Made by a program: the position numbers and the translations under genes. Under the pieces are notes generated by a model, which did not search any database, was not told the DNA's origin, and saw only the letters and a program-made list of their open reading frames with translations. Positions 1 through 14,742 of a stretch of 64,000 bases of DNA are shown here, in pieces (positions within the stretch are counted from its first letter, which is position 1; every line of letters begins with the position of its first letter). Source of the stretch: the human T2T-CHM13v2.0 reference genome, Homo sapiens; the NCBI RefSeq assembly GCF_009914755.1, contig NC_060930.1. One strand, written 5' to 3'.

Positions 1-2137
<2,137 letters not shown>

Positions 2138-2185
2138 TTATTTTGCTCGTTAGTTGATGCAGTTTCTTCCTAGTCTCGATGGTCT

Positions 2186-3201
2186 TTACATTTTGGCATG
2201 ATTTTGCAGCGGCTGGTACCGGTTGTTCCTTTCCATGTTTAGCGCTTCCTTCAGGAGCTCTTTTAGGGCAGGCCTGGTGGTGACAAAATCTCTCAGCATT
2301 TGCTTGTCTGTAAAGTATTTTATTTCTCCTTCACTTATGAAGCTTAGTTTGGCTGGATATGAAATTCTGGGTTGAAAATTCTTTTCTTTAAGAATGTTGA
2401 ATATTGGCCCCCACTCTCTTCTGGCTTGTAGGGTTTCTGCCGAGAGATCTGCTGTTAGTCTGATGGGCTTCCCTTTGAGGGTAACCCGACCTTTCTCTCT
2501 GGCTGCCCTTAACATTTTTTCCTTCATTTCAACTTTGGTGAATCTGACAATTATGTGTCTTGGAGTTGCTCTTCTTGAGGAGTATCTTTGTGGCATTCTC
2601 TGTATTTCCTGAATCTGAACGTTGGCCTGCCTTGCTAGATTGGGGAAGTTCTCCTGGATAATATCCTGCAGAGTGTTTTCCAACTTGGTTCCATTCTCCC
2701 TATCACTTTCAGGTACACCAATCAGACGTAGATTTGGTCTTTTCACATAGTCCCATATTTCTTGGAGCCTTTGCTCATTTCTTTTTTTTTTTTTTCTCTA
2801 AAATTCCCTTCTTGCTTCATTTCATTCATTTCATCTTCCATCGCTGATATCCTTTCTTCCAGTTGATCGCATCGGCTCCTGAGGCTTCTGCATTCTTCAT
2901 GTAGTTCTCGAGCCTTGGTTTTCAGCTCCATCAGCTCCTTTAAGCACTTCTCTTTATTGGTTATTCTAGTTATACATTCTTCTAAATTTTTTTCAAAGTT
3001 TTCAACTTCTTTGCCTTTGGTTTGAATGTCCTCCCGTAGCTCAGAGTAATTTGATCGTCTGAAGCCTTCTTCTCTCAGCTCGTCAAAGTCATTCTCCATC
3101 CAGCTTTGTTCCGTTGCTGGTGAGGAACTGCTTTCCTTTGGAGGAGGAGAAGCGCTCTGCGTTTTAGAGTTTCCCGTTTTTCTGTTCTGTTTTTTCCCCA
3201 T
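2186..3201 (-). pseudogene. L1 ORF1p frameshifted by 1 nt at an A14 run (2782-2795)
   Basis: Two open halves (MGKKQNRKTGNSK... and ...RPNLRLIGVPE...REKG...ARREWG...YPAKLS...NHAKM). Span is 1016 nt versus 1017 for an intact 338-aa ORF1. Confidence 0.92.
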
Positions 3202-4105
3202 CTTCATGGTTTTATCTACTTTTGGTCTTTGATGATGGTGATGTACAGATGAGTTTTTCGTGTGGATGTCCTTTCTGTTTGTTAGTTTTCCTTCTAACGG
3301 ACAGGACCCTCAGCTGCAGGTCTGTTGGAATACCCTGCCGTGTGAGGTGTCAGTGTGCCCCTGCTGGGGGGTGCCTCCCAGTTAGGCTGCTCGGGGGTCA
3401 GGGGTCAGGGACCCACTTGAGGAGGCAGTCTGCCCGTTCTCAGATCTCCAGCTGCGTGCTGGGAGAACCACTGCTCTCTTCAAAGCTGTCGGACAGGGAC
3501 ATTTAAGTCTGCAGAGGTTACTGCTGTCCTTTTGTTTGTCTGTGCCCTGCCCCCAGAGGTGGAGCCTACAGAGGCAGGCAGGCCTCCTTGAGCTGTGGTG
3601 GGCTCCACCCAGTTCGAGCTTCCCCGCTGCTTTGTTTACCTAAGCAAGCCTGGGCAATGGCGGGTGCCCCTCCCCCAGCCTCGCTGCTGCCTTGCAGTTT
3701 GATCTCAGACTGCTGTGCTAGCAATCAGCGAGACTCCGTGGGCGTAGGACCCTCCGAGCCAGGTGCGGGATATAATCTCGTGGTGCGCCGTTTTTTTAAA
3801 CCGGTCCAAAAAGCGCAATATTCGGGTGGGAGTGACCCAATTTTCCAGGTGAGTCCGTCACCCCTTTCTTTGACTCGGAAAGGGAACTCCCTGACCCCTT
3901 GCACTTCCCAAGTGAGGCAATGCCTCGCCCTGCTTCGGCTCGCGCACGGTGCGCGCACCCACTGACCTGCGCCCACTGTCTGGCACTCCCTAGTGAGATG
4001 AACCCAGTACCTCAGATGGAAATGCAGAAATCACCTGTCTTCTGCGTCGCTTACGCTGGGAGCTGTAGACCAGAGCTGTTCCTATTCGGCCATCTTGGCT
4101 CCTCC
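3202..4105 (-). promoter_or_regulatory. L1 5'UTR: CpG-rich internal sense promoter plus antisense promoter (ASP) firing on the + strand
   Basis: YY1 core CAAGATGGCCG (minus strand, 4088-4098); many CpGs retained at 3650-4100. The ASP is established for primate L1 5'UTRs. Confidence 0.85.
3657..3965 (+). CDS. L1 ORF0 variant, 102 aa (frameshifted, extended C-terminus); expression unknown
   Basis: MAGAPPPASLLPCSLISDCCASNQRDSVGVGPSEPGAGYNLVVRRF matches the ORF0 N-terminus. An extra T in the run at 3791-3797 shifts the frame. Splice donors at 3763 and 3849. Confidence 0.7.
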   Translation: MAGAPPPASLLPCSLISDCCASNQRDSVGVGPSEPGAGYNLVVRRFFKPVQKAQYSGGSDPIFQVSPSPLSLTRKGNSLTPCTSQVRQCLALLRLAHGARTH

Positions 4106-4767
4106 ACTCCCCTGCTCTCTAAAATATCTTTATAGTTAAATGCAATGTAATATAGAATACAGCAGACACAACAGAAAATAGCATTGTTTAAACAGCATTT
4201 TAAATCCTGCTTTGTCCAATCATATTTCTATAATGTCTGTCTTTTAACTTGGCTTCACCATGGTCTCTAAACTCATCCAGGAGGTGGCCCCTGCTTGCAC
4301 CTCTGCCCTTCTGCCCTCCTGCACCTCTGCCCTTCTGCCCTCCTGCCTTTCAGTTCCTGCAGGCCCCAACTCTCCACTAGCTGGAGGGTCTTGGCTTGCT
4401 CCCTCTTCCTGGCATACCCTTCTCTGCTCTTTGTGTGTCTACCATCTTTTGCATCTCAGCTCAAATGTCCCCGTCTCCGGGAGGGCCTCCCTGATGATGT
4501 TATCTTAAATAGCACCACCTCCAAATTACTCTTTCTGACGTCACCTTGCCTATATCCTTTATTGCATAAGTTGGTAATTATCATGCTTATTTACTTGCTT
4601 TTTCAGATTTTAGCTTTTATATGTTTGTTTGTGTTGTGTCTGTCTCCATGTTAGAAAACAGTGCCACCTCTTCTCCAGGTAACTAGAGAGTCCCAGAGTT
4701 CAAGTGTAAAGACTGAGGGCATCATGACCTTCTGCAGGGGGCCTGTAAATGGATCAGAGAAGGGGTA

Positions 4768-4848
4768 TTAGGTTGGTGCAAAAGTAATTGTGGTTTTGGC
4801 TGTTACTTTTAATGGCAAAAAACTACAGTTATTTTTGCACCAACCTAA
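4768..4848. mobile_element. MADE1 (Hsmar1-derived MITE)
   Basis: TTAGGTTGGTGCAAAAGTAATTG...TTTTTGCACCAACCTAA palindrome with TA duplications at 4766-67 and 4849-50. Confidence 0.93.
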
Positions 4849-6439
4849 TACAAAGGAGGAGAAGTTGTTGGGCTCAATAGTCTCTCTTCTGTTCACTGAG
4901 TGGCTCAGGCCTGAGATAAGCAGTATCTAAGGACCCAATAATTAGGGATTCACAATGTTTTTTCAGCCTTCCCCCAATCCATAAATCCGTAACATGTATC
5001 CCAATGTGTGATTTTCAGACATTCAAATGAAAATGCTTTTTTAGGAATGCATCCCATGGAAAACTAGGAGTCCACCTATATGGTCTGAAAAATGCCTGCC
5101 AGTAGGCCCTTAGAATGGCCTGGGCACAGTATCTTGCTTCCTTTACTTGTCTTTTGTCTTGAGTACACACTGTGCTGCCCCTGCATTCCAAGTCCTGCCA
5201 TTTCTGTGGGCAGCAGAGAGAACCTAGGAACCTGCTTCTTCTAATAGGAAACATACCTCCCAGACCTTGGCCCCAGCAGACAATGTACTCCCAGTTGAGC
5301 AGAAATGTGCATCATTATGTCTTCTAACAAATGTTGCTTTTTAAACTTTTCTCTTTCATTTGAGCACCCCTAAGGAGGGAGCAGGGGGAAGAAAAGCAAC
5401 AGAAAGGAAGATCATTCATAATAAAAATGATAAGATACACATTTGGGGTTCAGAAGATAAGAGGAACTGGTGTAAATTTACAACAGCAGTTTCTAATTGT
5501 AGTCAGATTGCAAAATAGGAATGGATATATGACTCAAAGGGATTAAAAACATAAATAGTAAATAAACATCAATGATGTTCTGCTTAAAAAACATTTAAAT
5601 ATATTCAGACTCAAGTGATTTAGTTCATATCACCATATCCCCAGTAAATTAGAAACCATTAAATGTTGTAGAAATTTATATTTGGCAGAGCTGAGGACAA
5701 AATAGCATCATTAAATGATGTAGATACCTTGATGATTAGAGAATTTCCTGGAGAGAATATAGTTCACATAGGAGCCACCAGATTGGCCATGGTCCTTGCT
5801 CTGATAGTCGCATGTTTGACAATTTATTCTAAAGAAGTTCTTAGAAGAAAGAAATGCTTATTTGCACTAGGACGTTTATAGCTATTCTATTTGTGTGACA
5901 AAACAACAACAAACACAAAACCAACTGGAAGTCATGAAAATGTCCTATAATTGGTAACATAGGTATAATTGCTACATTGATTCAATATTTTGGCATGAAA
6001 AATGGTAGGTATATTGACGATATGGACATATGAGAGAGCAGAGAGCATATTTTAAATAACACGAAGTGAAAAAATATAACAGCATTGCACAGCGATTATA
6101 ATGCTGTGCATATATCTTGAAGAACATAATCATGTAAAAAGTGATTATCAGAAGAGGTTACAAAAGCTTGTACTGGATATTTATGGAGATGGGATCCTTT
6201 AGTTTTTTTTTTTTTTTAAATAGAATTGTCTCCCTGTTTGCGTCTCTTTCATTGTAACACTGGATAAATATATTATAATTTAAAACTTTAGCAAATAGAA
6301 TTTTTAAATAAACTCCATATTGAAGAGCGTGGTGATTTTCCCACTCTCCATAGTCAGAAAGGGTAAGAGTTCTGATGTGCCTTTCTCTGCTGGGCGAGTG
6401 TAGTGTAGGAGAGACACTATTCCAATCTATTGCCAATCC

Positions 6440-6910
6440 TATATGTAGTGAGGCAGCTGCGGAGAGAGAAAGCTGTACCCTGAGATCTTTTCTGCCTTAG
6501 TAACCAAACTCTGATTTTTAGCTGAGCGCAGACTCACATGCAGTAAAGACTGTGTTTTCTGACCTGCTTTCCATTCCTGTTCAATTAGGTGACAGAGTTC
6601 TGGTTATTAGCGTGTAGCAGATACGTTGTGAGTAGCTTCCAGGAAGTGTCCTTAAAGTGAGAGGGTGGGTGTTCTCTCTTTCTACTTCCAGTTCTCAGAT
6701 GTGATGGCTGGAGCTCCAACAGCTGTGCTGGCTCATGAGCTAAATGCTAAATGCTGAGGAGAGTAGAGCAACAAGACAAAAATCTGCTCCCTGAGATACC
6801 GCGGGACACCGCTTCAGTCCTAGCTGCAGAACTCTAGAAATTTTGCTTAAGTGAATAAAAACCTGTGCGTCCAAAGTACTGTTACTCCCAGCCAAACTGA
6901 ATCTGAAATA
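6440..6910 (+). mobile_element. Old ERVL-class LTR (LTR33/LTR16-like), approximate
   Basis: gatgtgatggctggagctccaacagctgtg... motif typical of these LTRs. Confidence 0.4.
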
Positions 6911-7133
6911 ATATAGCCGCCTTTTTCAGCGTACTTATAAGTCTGTATACTTTGTTTCCTAATTTTAAAGAGGAAGAGCATCTTAGAGTTTCCTCTCTAA
7001 GTTTTCTCACTGCTTTAACATTTTAAATAATTTAAAGTGGATATCTCCCACTATGGACCAGTGAATGATTAGACCCTTTTGCCCCAAGATTTATCCAGGG
7101 TCTTAAAAAATTATTTTTAAAAGTTACTTACTT

Positions 7134-7432
7134 TTGTTGTTGTTGTTGTTAGAGTCTCACTCTGTCACCCAGGCTGGAGTGCAGTGGCTCCATCTTGGCT
7201 CACTGCAACCTCTGACTTCCTGGTTCAAGCAATTCTCCTGCCTCAGCCTCCCAAGTAGCTGAGATTACAGGCACCTGCCACGATGTCCAGCTAATTTTTT
7301 TTTTGTATTTTTAGTAGAGATGGGGTTTCATCATGTTGGCCAGGCTGGTTTACAACTCCTGACCTCAAGTGATCTGCCTGCCTTGGCCTCCCAAAGTGCT
7401 AGGATTACAGGTGTGAGCCACCCCGCCTGGCC
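7134..7432 (-). mobile_element. AluS
   Basis: Full dimer with TSD aaaagttacttactt on both sides. Confidence 0.95.
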
Positions 7433-8019
7433 GAAAAGTTACTTACTTCTTGATCCCAAAGTAATAAAAGCTCCTTACCCAAAAAAGATAGAAAATATAG
7501 ATAGGCAAAAGGAAGAAAATAACTTAGAATACACTTCCCTACATACTCACTGTTAATATTTTTTACTGTTTTTTACATGTATGTTGTACCTACATTTGGT
7601 AACCTGCTTTTTCCACCCACTAAATTGTGCATACACTTCCAGATCATTGAATATTCTTCTAAATATCATTTTAAAAGAATGCATTTATTCCATTTCATAG
7701 CTAATGTGCCATACTTACCCAATCCCATAGTTTTGGACATTTAAGAAGTTTTTATGTTTTTGTTCTTATAAATAGCACTGTTATGGATTGCTCTTTAGCC
7801 TAATATTTGCACATATCATATTTACCCAATAATAAACTTTATAGGTTAAAAGGTAGGCAAAATTATATTGTCACATTATCCTTCAGAAACTTGTACCAAT
7901 TTATCTCTCTTCCACTCCTCCTTCACTGATAATATAAGAGTATCACATGCCTTGTAACTTTACCAACACTGGATATATCTATCTATTTATTACAGTCTTC
8001 AGCTATGTTCCTTAATTTA

Positions 8020-8850
8020 AAAAATTGTGGTAAAATGTATATAATAAAAGTTATCATATTGACCATTGTCAAGTGTACAATTAGGTGGCTTTAAGCACCT
8101 TCACATTGTTATGCAATCATCACCATTATTCATTTCTAGAACTTTTTCATCATCACAAACTGAAACTCTGTACCCATGAGACAAGAGCTCCCTATTTTCC
8201 CCCATCGACAGCCCCCGGCACCCACCATTCTATTTTCTGGTCTCTGAATTTGACTACACTAGGTACCTCATAGAAATGGAATCACACAGTATTTTTTTGT
8301 GTGTGTGACTGGTTTATTTCACTTAGCATAGTGTTTTCAAGGTTCATCCATGTTGTATCATGTGTCATAATTTCCTTCCTTTTAAAGGCGCTATGTATAT
8401 ATGTATATATATACATACACATTTTATGTATATACCACATTTTTATCCATTCATCTATCAATGGTTACTTGGGTTGGTTCCACCTTTTGGCTACTGTGAC
8501 TAATGTTCCTATGAACATGGGTGTACAAATACCTCTTCTAGTCCCTGCTGTCAATTTTTTGGGGGGGTATATACCCATAAGTGAAATGCTGAATCTTATG
8601 GTAATTCTATGCTTAACTTTTTGAGGAATGGTGCCATACTGTTTTCCATATTGGCTTCACCATTTTACACCCCCACAAATAGTTCACAGAGGTTCCAATT
8701 TCTTTACATCCTAGCCACTGCTTATTTTCTGTTTTTTTTGTCTTTTGTTTCCGATGGTAGCCATCCTCATGGACAATATTTAATTGTGGTTTTGATTTGC
8801 ATTTCCCTAATGATTAGTGATTTTAGCATTTAAAAAAATGTGCTTATAAA
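8020..8850 (-). mobile_element. L1MB-like 3' end fragment
   Basis: ttgtggtaaaat...aagtgtacaatt...ttcatccatgttgta...ttgatttgcatttccctaatg. Confidence 0.8.
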
Positions 8851-9346
8851 AAATATAATATATATTATATATATTTATATATAATATATATTTCTTATAA
8901 GCACATTTTTATATAGTTTTATATATAATATAATTATATATAATAATAAGCACATTATATATAATATATAAACATATTTATATATAATATATTATATATA
9001 ATATATATTTAATATAATATATTATATATAATATATATTTATATATTATATATAACGTATTTATATATAACATATTATATATAACGTATTTATATATAAC
9101 ATATTATATATAACGTATTTATATATAACATATTATATATAATATATAACATATTTATATATAACATATTTATATATAATATATAACATATTTATATATT
9201 ATATGTAAAATATATATTTTTATAAGCACATTTTTATTATATATAATATATATTTTATATATAATATATATTTTTAAAAATGTGCTCATAAAAATATATA
9301 TATTTATCTCTATATATGTGTATATACACATATATTTCTATATATG

Positions 9347-9386
<40 letters not shown>

Positions 9387-9390
9387 TACA
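8834..9390. repeat. AT-rich (TA)n low-complexity block with internal inverted and tandem units
   Basis: Almost purely A/T; recurrent AAAAATGTGCTTATAA motif in both orientations. Confidence 0.95.
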
Positions 9391-9411
9391 CTTCTAGTTC
9401 CTGCCTAATCA

Positions 9412-9571
9412 AATCAGAGTGTGGTCCTTAGACCAGCAGCATCAGCATCACCTGGAAGCTTGCTAGAAATGCAAATCCTCGGGCCTCACCCCTAGACCTG
9501 CTGAATCAGAATTTGCATTTAAGATGCCTGGTAGGTAATTTGTATGCACGCTAAAGTTTGAGAAATACTGC
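9412..9571. mobile_element. MER5 (hAT-Charlie)
   Basis: gtgtggtcc..gaccagcagcatcagcatcacctgg...aaagtttgagaaatactg. Confidence 0.85.
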
Positions 9572-9870
9572 TTTAGAGGTTAATGAAATAGCATTTTTTT
9601 CTTTCCTTTTAAGCTTTTCCTCTATTTCCCAGCCACAAGTAATTAAATACTATAAAACACTACAAAAGATCTTTCAGAATAGAAATAAGCAGAATGTGAA
9701 GAAATAGCATGCTAGAAGGGAAAGCAGGCTTAGGCAGCAGCTAGTTCAGTTTCCAAACTCCAGTCTTTGTAGCAGCTCCATGGTTTTACATGTAGTGGGG
9801 TATCCTTTGTACAATGTTTTACCTAATAATTTTATTTATATGGAATCACTTTTATAAAAAACTGAAATAC

Positions 9871-10278
9871 CTTTTCTCTTTCTTTCTTTCTTTCTCTTTT
9901 TTCTTCTTTTTTCTTTTTTCTTTCTCTCTTTCTTTCTTGCTCTTTCTTTCTTTCTCTCTCTCTCTTTTTTTCTCCCACTGCCCCTCTCTTTCTTTCTTTG
10001 AGACAAGGCCTTGCTCTGTTGCCCAGGATGGAGTACAGTGGCATGACGATAGCTCACCAAAGCCTGGAACTCTTGGGCTCAAGTGGTCCTCCCACCTCAG
10101 CTTCCCAGGTAGCTGGGACTATAGGTGTGTGCCACCATGCCCAGCTAATTTTCTAAAAAATGTCTTTGTAGAGATAGGGTTTCCCTAAGTTGTCCAGGCT
10201 GGTCTCAAATTCCTGGCCTAAAGCAATCCTCCCACCTTAGCCTTCCAAAGTATTGGGATTACAGGTGTGAGCCCAGCC
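9871..10278 (-). mobile_element. AluJ with CT-rich expanded tail
   Basis: Alu body 9999-10278 with J-type gggctcaagtggtcctccc. Confidence 0.9.
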
Positions 10279-10589
10279 TTAAAAATTTTTATTTAAATTA
10301 AAGTTTATATCACTTCTACAAATGAAAACCTGTATTACTTGCCAAAAATAGAGGATAACTGTAAAAATAAGTCAATGAAAACAAAGGAATGTTATTAAGA
10401 TATAAAAATTAACAATGAATTATAAGATATAATGAATCTAGTTATAAAAATATATTTCTACGTAGTTTCTCAGTGAAAGCATTGAAGTCATTTATGATCA
10501 ACCGTTAACTTGTTGCTAAATTGGAGAGTAAGAGGTTTCATTGAGGTTGTACATCAATGAAAACATTCTTAAAACTTATTTAAAAGCTA

Positions 10590-10830
10590 ACAAGTATCGT
10601 GGGCTTACCATGTACCAGGTACAGATCTAAGAGCTTTAACATATATTTAATCCCCATAAAGACTTCATGAGGTATTTACTGGCATACTCCATATTTTACA
10701 GATGAGGAAACTGAGACTTAAAGAGGTTCAGCAACTTGTCGGAGGTTACAGAGCTAGTCACAGGCAGAGCAGGGCTTTGAAGCCAGGCATGTCCAGGGTC
10801 TAGCACCTGCAGCTGCTTAACCAGCACTGA
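10590..10830 (-). mobile_element. MIR
   Basis: Core attttacagatgaggaaactgag. Confidence 0.85.
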
Positions 10831-11200
10831 GAAATCCAAGTCACGTGTGTATTTAGTCGAACAAGGCAAAGATAAACTGTCTACCTTTTCTAAGCATAGT
10901 TATGTCCATGGATACAGCCTTTTTGCACTAATTGATTGTCAACTTTTGAAGAGGATAGTTTGACATATTACTGATAGAATACAATGATGTGCCTAGGAAT
11001 TCAGGGAATAAGAATCTGAGTTATAGATGAACAGCACCTGCTTTAACCTTACTTCTGAGCAATTATGGTTGAGGATCAGGCTCCTGGATCCTGTACTCAT
11101 TATGCACAACCCTATAATTCAAGTGCTTTTATGATTTGCATTACCAGTGCCTGAGAGAGGAACATCCAGACAATAATATATATGAAATCACAGGTTTCAT

Positions 11201-11203
<3 letters not shown>

Positions 11204-11255
<52 letters not shown>
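11204..11255. repeat. (AT)26 microsatellite
   Basis: Pure AT run. Confidence 0.98.
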
Positions 11256-11257
<2 letters not shown>

Positions 11258-11700
11258 TTCTCTAGAGGGACAGAACTAATGGAATAGATGTGTATATAAA
11301 GGTATAAAGGGGAGTTTATTAAGAAGTATTGACTCACGTGATCACGAGGTGAGGTCCCACAATAGGCTGTCTACAAGCTGAGAAGCAAAGAAAGTCCGAG
11401 TCCCAAAGCTGAAGAACTTGGAGTTCAATGTTCAAGGGCAGGAAGCATCCAGCATGGGAGAAAGATGTAGGCCAGAGGACTAAATGGGTCTAATCTTTCT
11501 ACGTTCTTCTGCCTACTTTTATTCTGGCCTCGCTGGCAGCTGATTAGATTGTACCCACCCAGATTGAGGGTGGGTCTGCCTTTCTCAATCCACTGACTCA
11601 AATGTTAATCTCCTTTGACAACACTCTCACAGACACACCCAAGAACAATACTTTGCATCCTTCAATCCAATCAAGTTGACAGTCAATACTAACCATCATA
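11256..11700 (-). mobile_element. MLT2A (HERV-L) 3' LTR
   Basis: Minus strand starts TATGATGGTTAGTATTGACTGTCAACTTGATTGGATTGAAGGATGC, preceded by polypurine tract AAGGGGTAGACT. Confidence 0.88.
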
Positions 11701-12940
11701 AGTCTACCCCTTGTCAACTTGAACCCATACACATCTCCTGAAATCATACACAATCTTCAAAGAAAGACAATAATAAGGTCATAATTATGCCCAACGTAAT
11801 ACAACTATCCTTCGTACAACCGGAAACTCACCAATTCCCCAACCCAAATACTATTACATAAAGTTAGCAATACTTAAATGCTGACATGAAGTCAATAAAT
11901 CTTATGTCACATGATAAAGGAAAAAGGAAATAAAATAAAGATATTTTCATAGTACAAGTGTATACATGCACAAAGATGTTCTTAACAAAAAGAGGGAGGA
12001 AATACTCATGACAATTAACATTCCTCATTTCTGCACCTGGTCATGTGGTCATAGCTGGTATTGATGACTACCTTCTACTATCCCTTCTGTATTCCCTTTG
12101 TTTTCAGCAAGAACCTCAGCAGGTCATGGTTTTTTTCCTAGTGGAGTGATCCAAACCTTCATTCCTGAAGGGTCTGGGCCATTTGCAGTCCTGTCTGGAT
12201 TGGGCTATTGTAGTTTCCCATTAACCTTAATCACAGGGCATGGTAATACCAAGAGACACCCTAAAGGATTGTCTATATTCCACGCATACTCTTCCTTACC
12301 TCCATTGTGGAGTAGTAGTAGACTGACTTCATCTTGATATTCTGGGTCAATCACCCCAAGCAACACTGTAACTCCGTTCTTAGCCTGTTGACTTAAAGGT
12401 AGGAGGAGCCCAAAGTGTGCAAGTGACAATCTTAACTTCCAGTTTAATGGAATTGTGTTGTGTCTCCTGGTGGCAGCGTTCCTCCCTCTGGGACTAAGAT
12501 CTCAGAATGTAATGTCATGGGAACAGGAAGCAAAAATTTTGCTAGTGGGTCACTAAGGGTGATGGTTAGTGGTGCCACTTCCACTTTCCACCCCTTGATT
12601 CCTGGACCTGTGAATCCTGGCTGTGGGAGAAGCAGTACCATATATTGGATGCTGATTCAGAGCATACATGGCCTTCTGGAGAACTTTGCCCCAGCCCTGC
12701 AAAGTATTGTCACCTAGTTAGCATTGTAATTGTGACTTCAAAAGGCCATTCCACTGTTCTGTCAATCCAGCTGCTTCAGAATGATGGGGGACATGGTAAG
12801 ACCAGTAAATTCCAAGAACGTGAGTTCACTGCCACACTTCTTTTGCTGTAAAATGAGTGTCTTGGTCAGAGGCAATGCTATGTGGAATATCATGACCGTG
12901 GATAAGGCATTCCATGAGTCCACAGATGGTAGTCTTGGCG
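11701..12940 (-). mobile_element. HERV-L internal 3' remnant (integrase end and dUTPase, degenerate)
   Basis: Peptides HFGLLLPLSQQAKNGVTVLLGVIDPEYQDE and VAPLTITLSDPLAKFLLPVP...[12 protein letters not shown]. Confidence 0.85.
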
Positions 12941-13313
12941 ATATTTTCTAATCCATACATTTACATACATAATTACTAAAATTTAAAAATCTTTGTCCTT
13001 GTACCCCCTAAAATTCATGCTTTTGGAATTATCAAGTTCAATCCCACATTTTAAAGACAAGAAAACCGATATTTATGACCACCCAGAAGCTGTGGGACTG
13101 GAACACTGGTCTTTGTTCCTACACCACTGCCCTCTCCTCATATTGAGGAATTCTTGTGTCCTTTAATACTAACCCAGCTGGCCATACCTCATAATGAATC
13201 ACAGTATGATTTATTGGTAAAGTGGTTGGCATCTTTACTATAGGTAATTTACATGGTGGAGATGAATTGCAATCCTCAAATTTACATGTGCAAGACCTAT
13301 GGAATTTTGTTAA

Positions 13314-13982
<669 letters not shown>

Positions 13983-14394
13983 TAGAGCTTCCCCCGTCCT
14001 CAACCCCAGATGTGTGAGTCCAGGAGTCCCAGGCAGAAAAGGCTGTTAGTCACAGCCCACAGTGGTTACAGCCTCTGCCAGCCCATTGGTTCTTTCTCTC
14101 CTGTGCTCTGCCGCTTCTGGGCTGTCCGGGGATCTGGGACTCTGGTCGAGTGGGAAGGCCTCTGCCTGAGCTATAATCACACTCCAGCTCCCAGGAGTCA
14201 TTCCTTTGGAGAGTTGTCCCTGTTTGGCACAGGCTGCGTGCATCTGCTTGTACATTTTTCATGGGTGTGGGCTCTACAAAAGACAGAATCTTGGACACCA
14301 GGGTGCTTCTGCTTTTTGCAAAGCGTTGATTCCCAGGGCAAGAAGTCATAAAACCTGGCTCCCTGCTTAAAATGAGGGAAAGGGAGAATATAGA

Positions 14395-14742
14395 CGCTGT
14401 GGTCTAAGTGTCCTTCAATATTCATGTGTTGAAACTTAATCCTCATTGTGGTGGTAGTAAGTGTTGGGGACTTTTGGGAAGTGATTTACTTGGGAGGGCT
14501 CTGCCCTTTTTGCACTCTTCTGCTCTTCCACCATGTAAGGACACAGTGTTGGCCCTCTCTGGAGGACACAGCAACGAGGTGCCATCTTTGAAGCAGAGAG
14601 CAGACCTTTTCAGACATCGCATCTGCTGAAGCCTTGATCTTGGACTTCCCAGCCACCAGGACTGTGGGAAAATACTTTTCTGTTCATTGTAAGTTACCCT
14701 GTCTAAGGTATTTCATCATAGCAGCATAAACAGGCTAAGACA
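14395..14742 (+). mobile_element. MaLR solo LTR (MST/MLT1A-like)
   Basis: tgtggtc...gccttgatcttggacttcccagcc...ctaagaca. Confidence 0.85.

Noticed and set aside
4296-4343. 24-bp tandem duplication
   Set aside because: Ordinary slippage in pyrimidine-rich sequence.
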